A stretch of DNA of 64,000 nt from Burkholderiales bacterium (GTDB lineage Bacteria > Pseudomonadota > Gammaproteobacteria > Burkholderiales > SG8-39): positions 34,321 to 98,320 of the forward strand of contig DATIDG010000084.1 in assembly GCA_035456405.1 (NCBI GenBank), given 5' to 3'. This document shows, one piece after another, positions 46,202-56,741 of this stretch. The notes below the pieces were generated by a model that saw only the letters and a program-made list of their open reading frames with translations, made no database searches and had not been told where the DNA came from. Every line of letters starts with the position of its first letter. Positions within the stretch are counted from its first letter, which is position 1. The position numbers and the translations under genes were made by a program.

Positions 46202-47944
46202 ATGAGCGCAATCGATCCGGTCACGCTGGCCGTCATCCAGAACGGCCTGCAGCAGGTCTGCAACGAGATGGACCTGGCGTTCTGCCGCGCGGCCTTCAGT
46301 CCAGTGATCTCGGAGACGATGGACCGCTCTGACGGGATCTACCACCGCGATTCGGGCGAGCTGATCGCCCAGGGCGAGCTCGGGCTGCCGGTGTTCGTCG
46401 GAACGATGCAGTTCTCCACGCAGGCGGTGATCGACCGGGTGCGGGCCGACGGGGTGGTGCTGGACGAGGGCGACGTGTTCATCGTCAACGACCCGTACCT
46501 CGGCGGCACTCACCTGATGGACGTGAAGTTCGTCAAGCCGTTCTTCTACCACGGCGCGCTGTGGTGCTGGCTCGCGAACACCGGCCACTGGCCCGACGTG
46601 GGCGGCATCGTGCCGGGCGGCTTCTCGGCGAATGCGACCGAGGTGGAGCAGGAGGGACTGCGCCTGCCGCCGGTCAAGCTCTACAAGCGCGGGGCGCTCG
46701 ACAAGGAGATCCTCTCGATCATCCTGTCCAACATCCGCATCGCGGACCAGCGCATCGGCGACATCAAGGCGCAGGCCGCCGCGCTGGCGATCGGCGAGCG
46801 CCGGCTGACGGCGCTCCTCGATCGCTACGGTGCGGACACGTTCGATCGGGCGATCGTGGAGCTGAAGGCGCGTGCCGCACAGCAGATGCGCGCGAAGATC
46901 GCGGCGATCCCCGACGGCGCATACGAAGGCGAGGCGTTCGTCGACTCCGACGGCGTCGTGGACGAGCCGCTGCGCGTCGCAATGAAGGTCACGAAGCGCG
47001 GGGAGACGCTCACATTCGACATGTCTGGCTCGTCGCCGCCGTGCCGCGGTCCGATGAACAGCGTGATCGCGACCACGAAGTCGTCGGTCTATCTCGCGAT
47101 CAAGCACGTCTTCCCGGACGTGCCCATCAACTCGGGGACGTTCGAGCCGCTCGAGATCCTGGATCCGGAAGGCACCTTTCTCTACGCGCGCTACCCTCGG
47201 CCGGTGTCCGGCTGCGCGGCGGAGGTGAGCCAGCGCATCGCCGAGGCGGTATTCGGCGCGCTGGTGAAGGCGATCCCCGATCAGCTGTTCGCGGCCCCGG
47301 CGGGCACGTCGGGGAACCTGTCGGTCGGCGGCCACGACCCGGCGCGCAAGCGCTCGTACGTGATGTACCTGATCTCGGGCGGCGGCTACGGCGGCTCCGC
47401 GCACGGCGACGGCATCTCGAACGGCTGCTCGACCATCGGCATCTCGAAGACCACTCCGATCGAGGTCATGGAGCAGTACTACCCGGTGCTCTTCGAGGAG
47501 TATTCGCTGCATGAAGGCTCCGGCGGGCCGGGCGAGCACCGCGGCGGGTTCGGCGTCAACTACAAGTTCCGGCTCCGGCGCGGCGAGGCGCGTGCCTCGA
47601 TGGTGATGGATCATGGCCGCTACGGACCGCAGGGCGCCCGCGGCGGGAGGGACGGCGGGGTCAACAAGGTTCGCGTGGTCCGCCAGTCGGGGGCTTACGA
47701 GCCGCTCCACCTGTCGAAGGACCAGGACATCCACCTCGACGCCGGCGACGTGATCGAGGTGTCCACGCCGGGCGGCGGGGGATTCGGGAATCCGTTCCGG
47801 CGCGCGCCGGACGAGGTTGCACGCGACGTCGCGAAGGGGTACTACACCCGCGAGCAGGCGCGGAACTGGTTCGGCGTCGCGTTGTCGCAGCACGGGAGCG
47901 TCGACGCCGCGGCGACCGCGCTCCTGCGCGCGGGCGGCGCTTGA
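46202..47944 (+). CDS. Hydantoinase B / oxoprolinase family, hydrolase subunit
   Basis: NDPYLGGTHLMD, HWPDVGG, EQEGLRLPP, GSGGPGEHRGG and TPGGGGFG. Confidence 0.92.
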   Translation: MSAIDPVTLAVIQNGLQQVCNEMDLAFCRAAFSPVISETMDRSDGIYHRDSGELIAQGELGLPVFVGTMQFSTQAVIDRVRADGVVLDEGDVFIVNDPYLGGTHLMDVKFVKPFFYHGALWCWLANTGHWPDVGGIVPGGFSANATEVEQEGLRLPPVKLYKRGALDKEILSIILSNIRIADQRIGDIKAQAAALAIGERRLTALLDRYGADTFDRAIVELKARAAQQMRAKIAAIPDGAYEGEAFVDSDGVVDEPLRVAMKVTKRGETLTFDMSGSSPPCRGPMNSVIATTKSSVYLAIKHVFPDVPINSGTFEPLEILDPEGTFLYARYPRPVSGCAAEVSQRIAEAVFGALVKAIPDQLFAAPAGTSGNLSVGGHDPARKRSYVMYLISGGGYGGSAHGDGISNGCSTIGISKTTPIEVMEQYYPVLFEEYSLHEGSGGPGEHRGGFGVNYKFRLRRGEARASMVMDHGRYGPQGARGGRDGGVNKVRVVRQSGAYEPLHLSKDQDIHLDAGDVIEVSTPGGGGFGNPFRRAPDEVARDVAKGYYTREQARNWFGVALSQHGSVDAAATALLRAGGA

Positions 47945-48106
47945 CCTTGCGAGGCGTCCGGCAGGCGGGGCTTGCCTTGCGCGGCGGTTTAGCCTAACGT
48001 CGCGCCCGCGCCGGGGCCGAAACGGCCCCCGTCACCGGGTGGCGACACCTGACCCCGGTCTCGAGACACTTCCAGACGTCCCAATGCGCCAGCACCGAGG
48101 AAACCG

Positions 48107-49096
48107 ATGATCAAGGTCGACAACCTGACCCGCACGTTCGGGCCGAAGACCGCGGTCGACAAGGTCTCGTTCCAGGTCGAGCGCGGCGAGGTGCTCGGCT
48201 TCCTCGGCCCGAACGGCGCCGGTAAGTCCACCACGATGCGGATGATCACCGGCTACATCCCGCCGACGTCCGGGCGCGTCGAGGTCTGCGGTTTCGACGT
48301 GGCGGAGAAGCCGATCGAGGCGCGCCGCCGCATCGGCTACCTGCCGGAGTCGGCGCCGTCGTACCATGACATGAGCGTCGCGTCGTTCCTCGGCTTCGCC
48401 GCCGAGATGCGCGGCTTCCGCGGCGACGAGAAGAAGCGCGCCGTCGGCAAGGCGGTCGAGACCTGCTTCCTCGAGTCGGTCCTCCACCAAAGCATCGACA
48501 CGCTGTCGAAGGGCTTCCGCCACCGCACCTGCCTCGCGCAGGCGTTGATCCACGACCCGGAGGTGCTCATCCTGGACGAGCCGACCGATGGCCTCGACCC
48601 GAACCAGAAGCACGAGGTCCGGTCGCTGATCAAGCGGATGGGGGCGAACAAGGCGATCATCTTCTCGACCCACATCCTCGAGGAGGTGGAGGCGGCGTGC
48701 AGCCGCGCCATCATCATCGATCGCGGTGCCATTGTCGCGAACGGCACGCCGGACGAGCTTAAGGCGCGTTCCGACCGCGCCGGCGCGGTGCTGATGACCC
48801 TGCGCGGTCCGCAGGCCGACGCCGTGCAGCAGGCGTTCTCTCGGCTGCCGGGCGTTGCCCGGGCGGAAATCGTGCTGGCCGACGGCGCCAAGGTCGCGGT
48901 CCGGGCGTATCCCGACGGGTCGCCGCTCGACTCGGCCTTCGCGGCGCATATTGCGCAGCAGGTCATGGGCCGGTGGAGCTGGACGATCGAGGAGCTGCAC
49001 ACCGAGGAAGGACGCCTCGACGACGTGTTCCGCGCGATCACGCGGTCGGACACGGCGCGCGACGCAGCCAGAACCGCGGAGGCGGCCGCCGCATGA
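48107..49096 (+). CDS. ABC-2 type ATP-binding protein (GldA-like)
   Basis: GPNGAGKSTT, LSKG, ILDEPTDGLDPNQ and STHIL. Confidence 0.88.
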   Translation: MIKVDNLTRTFGPKTAVDKVSFQVERGEVLGFLGPNGAGKSTTMRMITGYIPPTSGRVEVCGFDVAEKPIEARRRIGYLPESAPSYHDMSVASFLGFAAEMRGFRGDEKKRAVGKAVETCFLESVLHQSIDTLSKGFRHRTCLAQALIHDPEVLILDEPTDGLDPNQKHEVRSLIKRMGANKAIIFSTHILEEVEAACSRAIIIDRGAIVANGTPDELKARSDRAGAVLMTLRGPQADAVQQAFSRLPGVARAEIVLADGAKVAVRAYPDGSPLDSAFAAHIAQQVMGRWSWTIEELHTEEGRLDDVFRAITRSDTARDAARTAEAAAA

Positions 49097-49836
49097 GCGC
49101 CTGGACCAACATCCGTACGGTGGTGAAGCGCGAGCTCGCGGCGTACTTCGACTCGCCGGTGGCGTACGTGTTCATCGTCATCTACCTCCTGCTCGCGGGG
49201 TTCTTCACCTTCACGTTCGGCGCGTTCTTCGACCGCGGCGAGGCCTCGCTCGGCGCGTTCTTCATGTGGATGCCGTGGCTGTTCCTCTTTCTCGTCCCGG
49301 CGGTCGGCATGCGGCTGTGGTCCGAGGAGCGCCGCAGCGGCACGATGGAGCTGCTGCTCACGTTCCCGATCACGACCTGGCAGGCGATCGTCGGCAAGTT
49401 CCTGGCGTCGTGGCTGTTTCTCGGCATCGCGCTCGCACTCACCTTCCCGGTGTGGCTGACCGTCAACATCCTAGGCGACCCGGACAACGGCGTGATCGTC
49501 GCCGGTTACGTCGGCAGCCTGCTCCTGGCGGGCACGTACCTCGCCATCAGCTCGGCAACCTCCGCGATGACGCGCAACCAGGTCGTCAGCTTCATCCTGT
49601 CGGTGGTGATCTGTCTGCTGCTCGTGCTCGTCGGGTTCCCGCCAGTCACGGATCTCCTGGCGCGATGGGCGGCGCCGTGGTTCGTGGAAGGCGTGGCGGC
49701 ATTCAGTGTGCTCACCCACTTCGATGGGTTCCAGAAGGGCGTGCTCGACTCGCGGGACGTCGTGTTCTTCGCGTCGGTGATCGGGTTTGCGCTGTTCGTG
49801 ACGGGCGTCGTCCTGCGCGCCCAGCGCGCGGGCTAG
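49093..49836 (+). CDS. ABC-2 permease (GldF-like)
   Basis: KRELAAYFDSPVAY, MRLWSEERRSGTMELLLT and KGVLDSRD. Confidence 0.88.
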   Translation: MSAWTNIRTVVKRELAAYFDSPVAYVFIVIYLLLAGFFTFTFGAFFDRGEASLGAFFMWMPWLFLFLVPAVGMRLWSEERRSGTMELLLTFPITTWQAIVGKFLASWLFLGIALALTFPVWLTVNILGDPDNGVIVAGYVGSLLLAGTYLAISSATSAMTRNQVVSFILSVVICLLLVLVGFPPVTDLLARWAAPWFVEGVAAFSVLTHFDGFQKGVLDSRDVVFFASVIGFALFVTGVVLRAQRAG

Positions 49837-49844
49837 GCTGAACC

Positions 49845-51716
49845 ATGAAGAAAAACACTGAGCGCTGGGTGTACTCCATCGGGGGCGTGGTCGCGGTCTT
49901 TGCCGGCCTCGTCGCGTTGAACTTCATCCTCGGCGCGGCGCCCGCGCGCGTCGATCTCACCGCGGGCGGGCTGTACACGCTCTCCGAAGGGACGAAGAAG
50001 GTCCTGGGGAAGCTCGAAGGGCCGGTCCGGGTGCGCTTCTATTTCAGTTCGGGCGACGAGAACGTCCCGGTCGCGACGCGCGTCTTCGCCGCCCGCGTGG
50101 AAGACCTGCTGCGCGAGTTCCGCGCCGCGTCGAACGGCAAGGTCCTGATCGAGAAGCTCAACCCGCAGCCCGATTCCGACGCGGAGGACTCGGCCAACGT
50201 CGACGGGGTCGAAGCCCAGGTCGCGCCTTCGAACGAGAAGTTCTACCTCGGGCTCGCCGTCAGCCAGGCCGACCAGAAGATCGCCATTCCGGCGCTCGCG
50301 CCCGATCGCGAGCGGCTGCTCGAGTACGACCTGGTGCGCGCCATCGGGCGGGTCACCAAGACCGACAAGCCGGTCGTCGGCGTGATGAGCGGGTTGCCGG
50401 TGTTCGGAATGCCGATGAACCCGATGATGGGGATGCAGGGCTCCGAACCGCAGCTCTTCGTCCAGGAGCTGCAGCGCGATTTCGACGTGAAGCGCGTCGG
50501 CACGGACGTCGAGAAGATCGACGACGAGATCAGGACGCTGGTCGTCATCCACCCGAAGCACGTCACCGAGCAGCCGCAGTTTGCACTCGACCAGTTCGTG
50601 CTGCGCGGCGGGAAGCTGGTGGTGTTCCTGGACCCCTACGCGTACTTCGACCAGCAGCCCGGCCCGCTGGCGGCAATGGGCCCGAGCTCGTCGAACCTGG
50701 AGAAGCTGCTCAAGGGCTGGGGGCTCCAGTTCTCGGCCGACAAGGTCGTGCTCGACATGAAGTACCGGGCCGGGTCCGGGCCGCGCGCCGTGCCGGCGGT
50801 GATCCAGCTCGACGGCGACGCGCTGAACCCGGACGACGTCACGACGAGCTCGCTCGGGACGGTGCTGATGGCGTTCGCCGGCGCGTATACCGGTACGCCG
50901 GTCGAGGGGCTGACGCAGACGGTGCTGATGCGCACCTCGCCGCTCGCGAACCTCGTGGACAACGCGGACGCGATGAAGCGGGGCGAGGAGGCGGAGCGCG
51001 GGTTCAAGTCGGAGGGCAAGGAGTTTCCGCTCGCGGTGCGCCTGTCGGGCAAGTTCAAGACCGCGTTCCCCGACGGCCGCCCGGCGCGCAAGGACGACGG
51101 TAAGGGCAAGCCACCCGCGGAGGCGCCGGACGCCGGTCCGGTGTTGAAGGAGTCCAAGGAGGAGAATAGCGTCGTCCTGATCGGCGACACCGACCTAATG
51201 AACGACGGCGCCGCAGTGCAGATCCGCGAGATCTTCGGTCAGCGGGTGGCGATCCCGATCAACGGCAACCTGGCGCTGGTCCAGGCGCTGGTCGAGCAGC
51301 TCGCCGGCGAACCGGATCTGATCGGCCTGCGGGGTCGCGCCACGGCGGCACGTCCGTTCACCGTGGTGAAGCAGATGGAGGCCGAGGCCGCGCAGGCCTA
51401 CCTCGGCAAGATCAACAGCCTCGAGCAGAGCCTCGACGAGACGCGCAAGAAGCTCGAGTCGTTGCAGAAGACGAAAGGCCCGGCAGCTACCGGGGCGATC
51501 CTCACACCTGAGCAGCAGGCCGAAGTCGACAACTTCCGCAAGCGTGCCGCTGAGACGCGGCGCGAGCTGAAGGAGGTGCGGCGCGAGCTGCGCTCGGAGA
51601 CCGAGGCGCTGGAGTTCTGGACCAAGGTCGTCAACATCGGGGCGATGCCGCTCCTCGTCGCGATCGCAGGGCTCGCGATCGCGTTGGTGCGCCGGCGGCG
51701 CCGCGCCGCCCACTAG
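49845..51716 (+). CDS. GldG-family ABC auxiliary component
   Basis: N- and C-terminal TM helices, RVDLT...YTLSEGT, FALDQFVLRGGKLVVFLDP and a coiled coil. Confidence 0.85.
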   Translation: MKKNTERWVYSIGGVVAVFAGLVALNFILGAAPARVDLTAGGLYTLSEGTKKVLGKLEGPVRVRFYFSSGDENVPVATRVFAARVEDLLREFRAASNGKVLIEKLNPQPDSDAEDSANVDGVEAQVAPSNEKFYLGLAVSQADQKIAIPALAPDRERLLEYDLVRAIGRVTKTDKPVVGVMSGLPVFGMPMNPMMGMQGSEPQLFVQELQRDFDVKRVGTDVEKIDDEIRTLVVIHPKHVTEQPQFALDQFVLRGGKLVVFLDPYAYFDQQPGPLAAMGPSSSNLEKLLKGWGLQFSADKVVLDMKYRAGSGPRAVPAVIQLDGDALNPDDVTTSSLGTVLMAFAGAYTGTPVEGLTQTVLMRTSPLANLVDNADAMKRGEEAERGFKSEGKEFPLAVRLSGKFKTAFPDGRPARKDDGKGKPPAEAPDAGPVLKESKEENSVVLIGDTDLMNDGAAVQIREIFGQRVAIPINGNLALVQALVEQLAGEPDLIGLRGRATAARPFTVVKQMEAEAAQAYLGKINSLEQSLDETRKKLESLQKTKGPAATGAILTPEQQAEVDNFRKRAAETRRELKEVRRELRSETEALEFWTKVVNIGAMPLLVAIAGLAIALVRRRRRAAH

Positions 51717-51729
51717 AGGCGGCCGGACG

Positions 51730-52881
51730 ATGACTCGCAATCAATTCATCCTGGTGCTCGTCGCGCTTGCGGTGCTCGCCGCAGGCGTGTGGGGCGTGCT
51801 GAAGTGGCAGCCTACCGGGTACGAGGTCGCCGACAGCCGCGTCGGGCAGAAGCTGCTCGCGGGGTTCAGGGTCGACGACGTCGCGCAGATCGAGATCGTG
51901 GAGCCGGCCGCGACGGTCACGCTGGTCCGGACCGACCGCGGCTGGACGGTGAAGGAGCGCGGCGGCTATCCGGCCGACCTCGGCGCGATCCGCGATCTGC
52001 TCCTCAAGCTCGAGGCACTGAAGGTGATCCAGGCCGAGAGCATCACCGAAGCGCTCCGGCCTCGAATGCAGCTCGCCGCGCCCGGGGGCGGCGCGAAACC
52101 GGAGGAGGTCGGCACCGGGCTCGAGCTGAAGGGCCGCGACGGGAAATCGCTCGCGGCGCTCGTGCTCGGAAAGAAGGCGACGAAGCAGGCGAACATGCCC
52201 GGGCTCGGCGGGGAAAGCATTCCGTCCGGGCGCTATGTGCTCGTCGCCTCCGATCCGGAGCGGATGAACGTCGTTGCGGAGCCTTTCGCGGCCGTCGCGG
52301 CAAAGCCGCGGCAGTGGCTCGCGCGCGACTACCTGAAGGTCGAACGGTTGAGGTCGCTCACCGTGCTTGGGCCCGACGGCAAGGAGCGCTGGAGCGTCGA
52401 GCGTCCCGACGAGGCCTCCGGCTGGAAGTTGTCGGGACCCGGGAAGCTGGACGGCGGCAAGGCGCAGGACGGCGCGAGCGCGCTGTACTCGATGCAGATC
52501 GCCGACGCCGCGGGGGGCGTGAGCGACACGGATACGGGCCTCGACCGGCCGACCATCGTGCGCGCGCAGACCTTCGACGGCTGGGCGTACGAGCTGCGGA
52601 TCGGCAAGGCCGCGCCGGAGGACCGCTACTACGCGAAGGCGTCGGTCTCCGGAGCCGTGCCTGAGAAGCGCGAGGCGCGCGCAGGCGAGAAGCCCGAGGA
52701 CAAGGACAAGGAAGACAAGGCCTTCGCCGAGCGCCAGGCGGCGATGAAGGAGAAGCTCGAGCGCGAGCGGTCGCTCGGCGCCTTCACCGTGCTGCTCCCG
52801 AAGGCGACGGTCGAGCCTTTGCTGCGCGAGCGCAGCGCGCTCCTGGTCGTCGAGGAGAAGGACGAGAAGAAGAGGAAGTAG
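51730..52881 (+). CDS. DUF4340-like membrane-anchored protein
   Basis: N-terminal anchor with two repeated W...YPAD/LGK and W...IGK modules; usual fourth gene of gldAFG-type loci. Confidence 0.7.
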   Translation: MTRNQFILVLVALAVLAAGVWGVLKWQPTGYEVADSRVGQKLLAGFRVDDVAQIEIVEPAATVTLVRTDRGWTVKERGGYPADLGAIRDLLLKLEALKVIQAESITEALRPRMQLAAPGGGAKPEEVGTGLELKGRDGKSLAALVLGKKATKQANMPGLGGESIPSGRYVLVASDPERMNVVAEPFAAVAAKPRQWLARDYLKVERLRSLTVLGPDGKERWSVERPDEASGWKLSGPGKLDGGKAQDGASALYSMQIADAAGGVSDTDTGLDRPTIVRAQTFDGWAYELRIGKAAPEDRYYAKASVSGAVPEKREARAGEKPEDKDKEDKAFAERQAAMKEKLERERSLGAFTVLLPKATVEPLLRERSALLVVEEKDEKKRK

Positions 52882-52931
52882 TTCGCGCGCGGGCGCCAGG
52901 CGGCATAATTCGAAATTCGGAGGAACCCGCC

Positions 52932-54098
52932 ATGGCCGAGCCCGTTGTCATCGACGCCGTCCGCACGCCTTTCGGCAAGCGCGGCGGCGCATTCCGCGAG
53001 AACCGACCCGACGCCCTGCTCGCACATGCCCTGCATGGGCTCGTCGCGCGCGCCGGCCTGCCTGCGGCCCGCATCGAGGACGTCATCTGCGGTACGGTCA
53101 CGCAGGCGGGCGAGCAGGGTGCGAACGTCGGGCGCCTCGGCGTTCTGCTCGCGGGCTTTCCGGTGTCGGTGCCGGCGGTCTCGCTCAACCGCATGTGCGG
53201 GTCCAGCCAGCAGGCCGTGCATTTCGCCGCGCAGGCGGTTGCCGCTGGCGACGCGCGTTACGCGATTGGCTGCGGCGTGGAGAACATGACGCGCGTGCGC
53301 ATGTTCTTCGACATCGATCCCGACGGCCGCCACGGTGGCTTCAACGGGCTCAACCCCGAGCTGTTCCGGCAGCACGAGATCATCCACCAAGGGGAGAGCG
53401 CGGAGCGCATCGCCGAGAAGTGGCATCTCACGCGCGCGACGCTGGACGAGTTCGCGACCGAGAGCCACCGCCGCGCCTGGCAGGCGCTCGCAGGCGGTCG
53501 GAACCGCGAGATCCTCCCGACCCCGGGCGTGGACGAGGCGGGCGCAAAGATCGACGTCACCCGCGACGAGGGGGTGCGCGAACGCATCGATCCGGCCAAG
53601 ATGGCGACGCTCAAGACCGTCTTCCGTGAGAACGGCGTGATCACCGCCGCGAACTCGAGCCAGATCTCCGACGGCGCTTCCGCCGTGCTCGTCGCCGACC
53701 GCGACGCCGCGAAGGCGGACGGCCTGAAACCTCGCGCGCGCTTCCTGGCGCGGGTCGTGGTGGGCTCGGACCCGACGATGCAGCTCGACGGCGTGATTCC
53801 CGCGACGCGGCTCGCGCTCGAGCGCGCGAAGCTCGCGGTGAAGGACGTCGACTGGTTCGAGGTGAACGAGGCCTTCGCATGCGTGCCGCTCGCGTGGGCG
53901 CACGAGTTTGGGGCGGCGCCGGAGAAGCTCAACCCGTGGGGCGGGGCGATCGCGCACGGTCACCCGCTCGGCGCGACTGGCGGCGGGCTGATGGCCAAGA
54001 TGCTGGCCGGGCTCGAAGCTACCGGCGGCACGGTCGGCCTGCAGACGATGTGCATCGGCCATGGCATGGCGACCGCGACGATCATCGAACGGATCTGA
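52932..54098 (+). CDS. Thiolase (acetyl-CoA C-acyltransferase)
   Basis: [19 protein letters not shown] and MCIGHG. Confidence 0.93.
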   Translation: MAEPVVIDAVRTPFGKRGGAFRENRPDALLAHALHGLVARAGLPAARIEDVICGTVTQAGEQGANVGRLGVLLAGFPVSVPAVSLNRMCGSSQQAVHFAAQAVAAGDARYAIGCGVENMTRVRMFFDIDPDGRHGGFNGLNPELFRQHEIIHQGESAERIAEKWHLTRATLDEFATESHRRAWQALAGGRNREILPTPGVDEAGAKIDVTRDEGVRERIDPAKMATLKTVFRENGVITAANSSQISDGASAVLVADRDAAKADGLKPRARFLARVVVGSDPTMQLDGVIPATRLALERAKLAVKDVDWFEVNEAFACVPLAWAHEFGAAPEKLNPWGGAIAHGHPLGATGGGLMAKMLAGLEATGGTVGLQTMCIGHGMATATIIERI

Positions 54099-54123
54099 GT
54101 CAACGCAAACGAAGGGAATCGAA

Positions 54124-54891
54124 ATGGATCTTGCAAAGAGCACATTCATCGTTACCGGCGGGGCATCGGGCCTCGGCGCGGGAACGGTCCGTATCCTCGC
54201 TGCGGGCGGTGCGAACGTCGTGATTGCCGACCTGCAGGCGGACAAGGGCGAGGCGCTCGCGAAGGAGCTCGGCGCGAAGGCGCGGTTCGTGAAATGCGAC
54301 GTGACGAGCGAGATCGACGGCAAGGTGGCGGTCGAGGCGGCGGTCAAGACTTTTGGCGGCCTGCAGGGCCTGGTCAACTGCGCCGGGATCGCGATCGGGG
54401 AGAAGACCATCGGCAAGGAAGGCCCGCACTCGCTCGCCTCGTTCACGCGGGTGATCACGATCAACCTGATCGGCACCTTCAATATGATCCGGCTCGCGGC
54501 CGACGCGATGGCGAAGGGGCAGCCCAATGCGGACGGCGAGCGCGGTGTGATCGTCAACACCGCTTCGGTCGCCGCGTTCGACGGGCAGATCGGACAGGTG
54601 GCCTATTCGGCGTCGAAGGGCGGGGTCGTCGGCATGACGCTGCCGATCGCTCGGGACCTCGCGCGGAGCGGCATCCGCGTTTGCACGATCGCGCCGGGAA
54701 TCTTCCTCACGCCGATGCTCGAGGGCCTGCCGAAGGAGGTCCAGGACTCGCTCGGGCAGCAGGTGCCGTTCCCCTCGCGGCTCGGCAAGCCGTCCGAGTA
54801 CGCCGCGCTCGCCAAGCACATCATCGAGAACCCGATGCTGAACGCCGAGGTGATCCGGATCGACGGCGCGATCCGCATGGCCCCGAAGTGA
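54124..54891 (+). CDS. 3-Hydroxyacyl-CoA dehydrogenase type 2 (HSD17B10-like SDR)
   Basis: [38 protein letters not shown] and IRIDGAIRM. Confidence 0.92.
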   Translation: MDLAKSTFIVTGGASGLGAGTVRILAAGGANVVIADLQADKGEALAKELGAKARFVKCDVTSEIDGKVAVEAAVKTFGGLQGLVNCAGIAIGEKTIGKEGPHSLASFTRVITINLIGTFNMIRLAADAMAKGQPNADGERGVIVNTASVAAFDGQIGQVAYSASKGGVVGMTLPIARDLARSGIRVCTIAPGIFLTPMLEGLPKEVQDSLGQQVPFPSRLGKPSEYAALAKHIIENPMLNAEVIRIDGAIRMAPK

Positions 54892-55000
54892 CCTTGCGAA
54901 GCGGCGGGGTAGGCGCCGCCACGGGATAATCGTCGCGGCGGACGCCAAGGTCCAGGGAGGCGTACCTGGGTCCAGACCGGACTTTTCGAAAGGGCGTGAA

Positions 55001-56722
55001 ATGTCGCAACCCGCAGCGCGCTCGGTCGCCGAGCTCGTCGTCGATTTCCTCGTGGCCCGCAAGGTGGACCGTGTGTTCGGCCTGCAGGGCGGCCACATCC
55101 AGCCGATCTGGGACCAGCTCGGGCAGCGCGGAGTGCGCATCGTCGACGTCCGGGACGAGGGCGCTGCTGTGCACATGGCACATGCCCACGCGGTGCTCAC
55201 CGGGCAGCTCGGCGTCGCGCTCGTCACGGCGGGGCCGGGCGTCACCAACTGCGTGACCGCGATCGTGAATGCGCAGCTGGAGCGCGTTCCCGTCCTGCTC
55301 ATCGGCGGCTGCGCACCACGGCCGCAGGACGACCTGGGTCCGCTGCAGGGCGTCGCACACACCGAGATCATGCAGCCGGTCACGCGGCTCTCCCGTACGC
55401 TGCGGGTCCCGGACAACGTCGTGCGCGACCTCGATAAGGCGGCGAGCGCAGCGCTCGGCGACGGCGGTCCGCCGGGCCCGGCGTTTGTCGAGATCCCCAC
55501 CGATGTGCTGCGCGAGACCGTCCACCCGAGTCTCGTGCTCGACGAGCACCTGCGCCTCCGAGCGCAACGCCGGATTCCCCCCGACCCGTCCGACATTCGC
55601 CGCGCGGCTGAGCTCATCGGCGGCGCGAAGCGTCCGCTGGTCATGACCGGGCGAGGCGCGCTCGGCGCCGGCCGCGAGCTGACGCAGCTTCTCGACCGGA
55701 CCGCCGCCGTGTATCTCGACACGCAGGAGAGCAGGGGACTGGTGCCCGCGGAGCATCGCTCGGTCGTCGGCGCGGTGCGCGCTCGCGCCATGCAGGAGGC
55801 GGACCTCGTGGTCATAGTGGGGCGCAAGCTCGATTACCAGATGGGGTACGGCTCGCCCGCGGTCCTTCCGAACGCGCGGTTCGTGCGCATCGCGGACTGC
55901 TGGGAGGAGCTGCGCGAGAACCGCCGCGGCGAGGTCGAGATCTTCGCGACCCCGGCCGTCGCCATCGCGGAGCTCGTGAACGCGGTCCCGCCGGACCCGA
56001 AGGGGGTCGATGCCGGATGGGCCGAAGCGCTGCGCCGCGAGCACCTGCAGCGTTCGTCGCGCTATGCCGACTCGCTTGGGACCGCGCCGGCCGGAAAGGA
56101 CGGCCACATGCATCCCAACCGCATCTTCGCCGCGCTCCGGGAGGTGCTGGCGCCCGACGCCGTCACGATCGCGGACGGCGGCGACATCCTGAGCTTCGCG
56201 CGGATGGGGCTCAATGCCTCGACCTATCTCGACTCCGGGGCATTCGGCTGCCTGGGCGTCGGCGTGCCGTACGGCATCTCAGCTGCGCTCGCTTTCCCGG
56301 GCCGGCAGGTGGTCGTTATCACCGGCGACGGCGCGTTCGGTATCAACGCGATGGAGATCGACAGCGCGAAGCGTCACGGCGCGAAGGCCGTCTTCATCGT
56401 CGCCAATAACGCCGCATGGAACATCGAGCGCGTCGACCAGGAGATCAACTACGGCGGGCGCGTGGTCGGAACGACACTCCAGTACTCCGACTACGCGATG
56501 ATGGCGCGCGCGTTCGGGTTGCATGCGGAGCGGGTCACCGATCCGGCGCGGCTGGGACCGGCGCTGCGCGAGGCCTTCGCGAAGGCGCCGGCGCTGATCG
56601 ACGTCGTCATCACGCAGCATGCGCTGTCGTCCGACGCGGGCAAGGGGCTGGGGTGGGTGCCGGACTACCAGGCCCTCACCGCTTGGGACGACGCGGAGCA
56701 GCGACGTCGCGGCGAGAGGTAA
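55001..56722 (+). CDS. ThDP-dependent enzyme, probable actinobacterial-type 2-hydroxyacyl-CoA lyase
   Basis: VFGLQGGHIQPIWDQL, DVRDEG, ThDP motif GDGAFG...NNAAWNIER and C-terminal KGLGWVPDYQALTAW. Confidence 0.8.
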   Translation: MSQPAARSVAELVVDFLVARKVDRVFGLQGGHIQPIWDQLGQRGVRIVDVRDEGAAVHMAHAHAVLTGQLGVALVTAGPGVTNCVTAIVNAQLERVPVLLIGGCAPRPQDDLGPLQGVAHTEIMQPVTRLSRTLRVPDNVVRDLDKAASAALGDGGPPGPAFVEIPTDVLRETVHPSLVLDEHLRLRAQRRIPPDPSDIRRAAELIGGAKRPLVMTGRGALGAGRELTQLLDRTAAVYLDTQESRGLVPAEHRSVVGAVRARAMQEADLVVIVGRKLDYQMGYGSPAVLPNARFVRIADCWEELRENRRGEVEIFATPAVAIAELVNAVPPDPKGVDAGWAEALRREHLQRSSRYADSLGTAPAGKDGHMHPNRIFAALREVLAPDAVTIADGGDILSFARMGLNASTYLDSGAFGCLGVGVPYGISAALAFPGRQVVVITGDGAFGINAMEIDSAKRHGAKAVFIVANNAAWNIERVDQEINYGGRVVGTTLQYSDYAMMARAFGLHAERVTDPARLGPALREAFAKAPALIDVVITQHALSSDAGKGLGWVPDYQALTAWDDAEQRRRGER

Positions 56723-56741
56723 CACCGACGCGCCGTCGATC

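Noticed and set aside
35909..47893. Very long antisense ORFs (35909-38539, 39140-41959, 44978-47893; likewise 19037-21526 and 27558-28964)
   Set aside because: They are R/A/G/P-rich, lack motifs and lie opposite well-supported genes, as expected from stop-codon scarcity at high GC.
54892..55000. Possible TPP riboswitch before the ThDP enzyme (GGATAAT...AGGGA, several hairpins)
   Set aside because: It lacks the CTGAGA and ACCTGA core elements; GATAAT is more simply a -10 hexamer.
55001..56722. Acetolactate synthase large subunit
   Set aside because: There is no small subunit or ilv context; the motifs and the adjacent CoA ligase fit an acyl-CoA lyase better.
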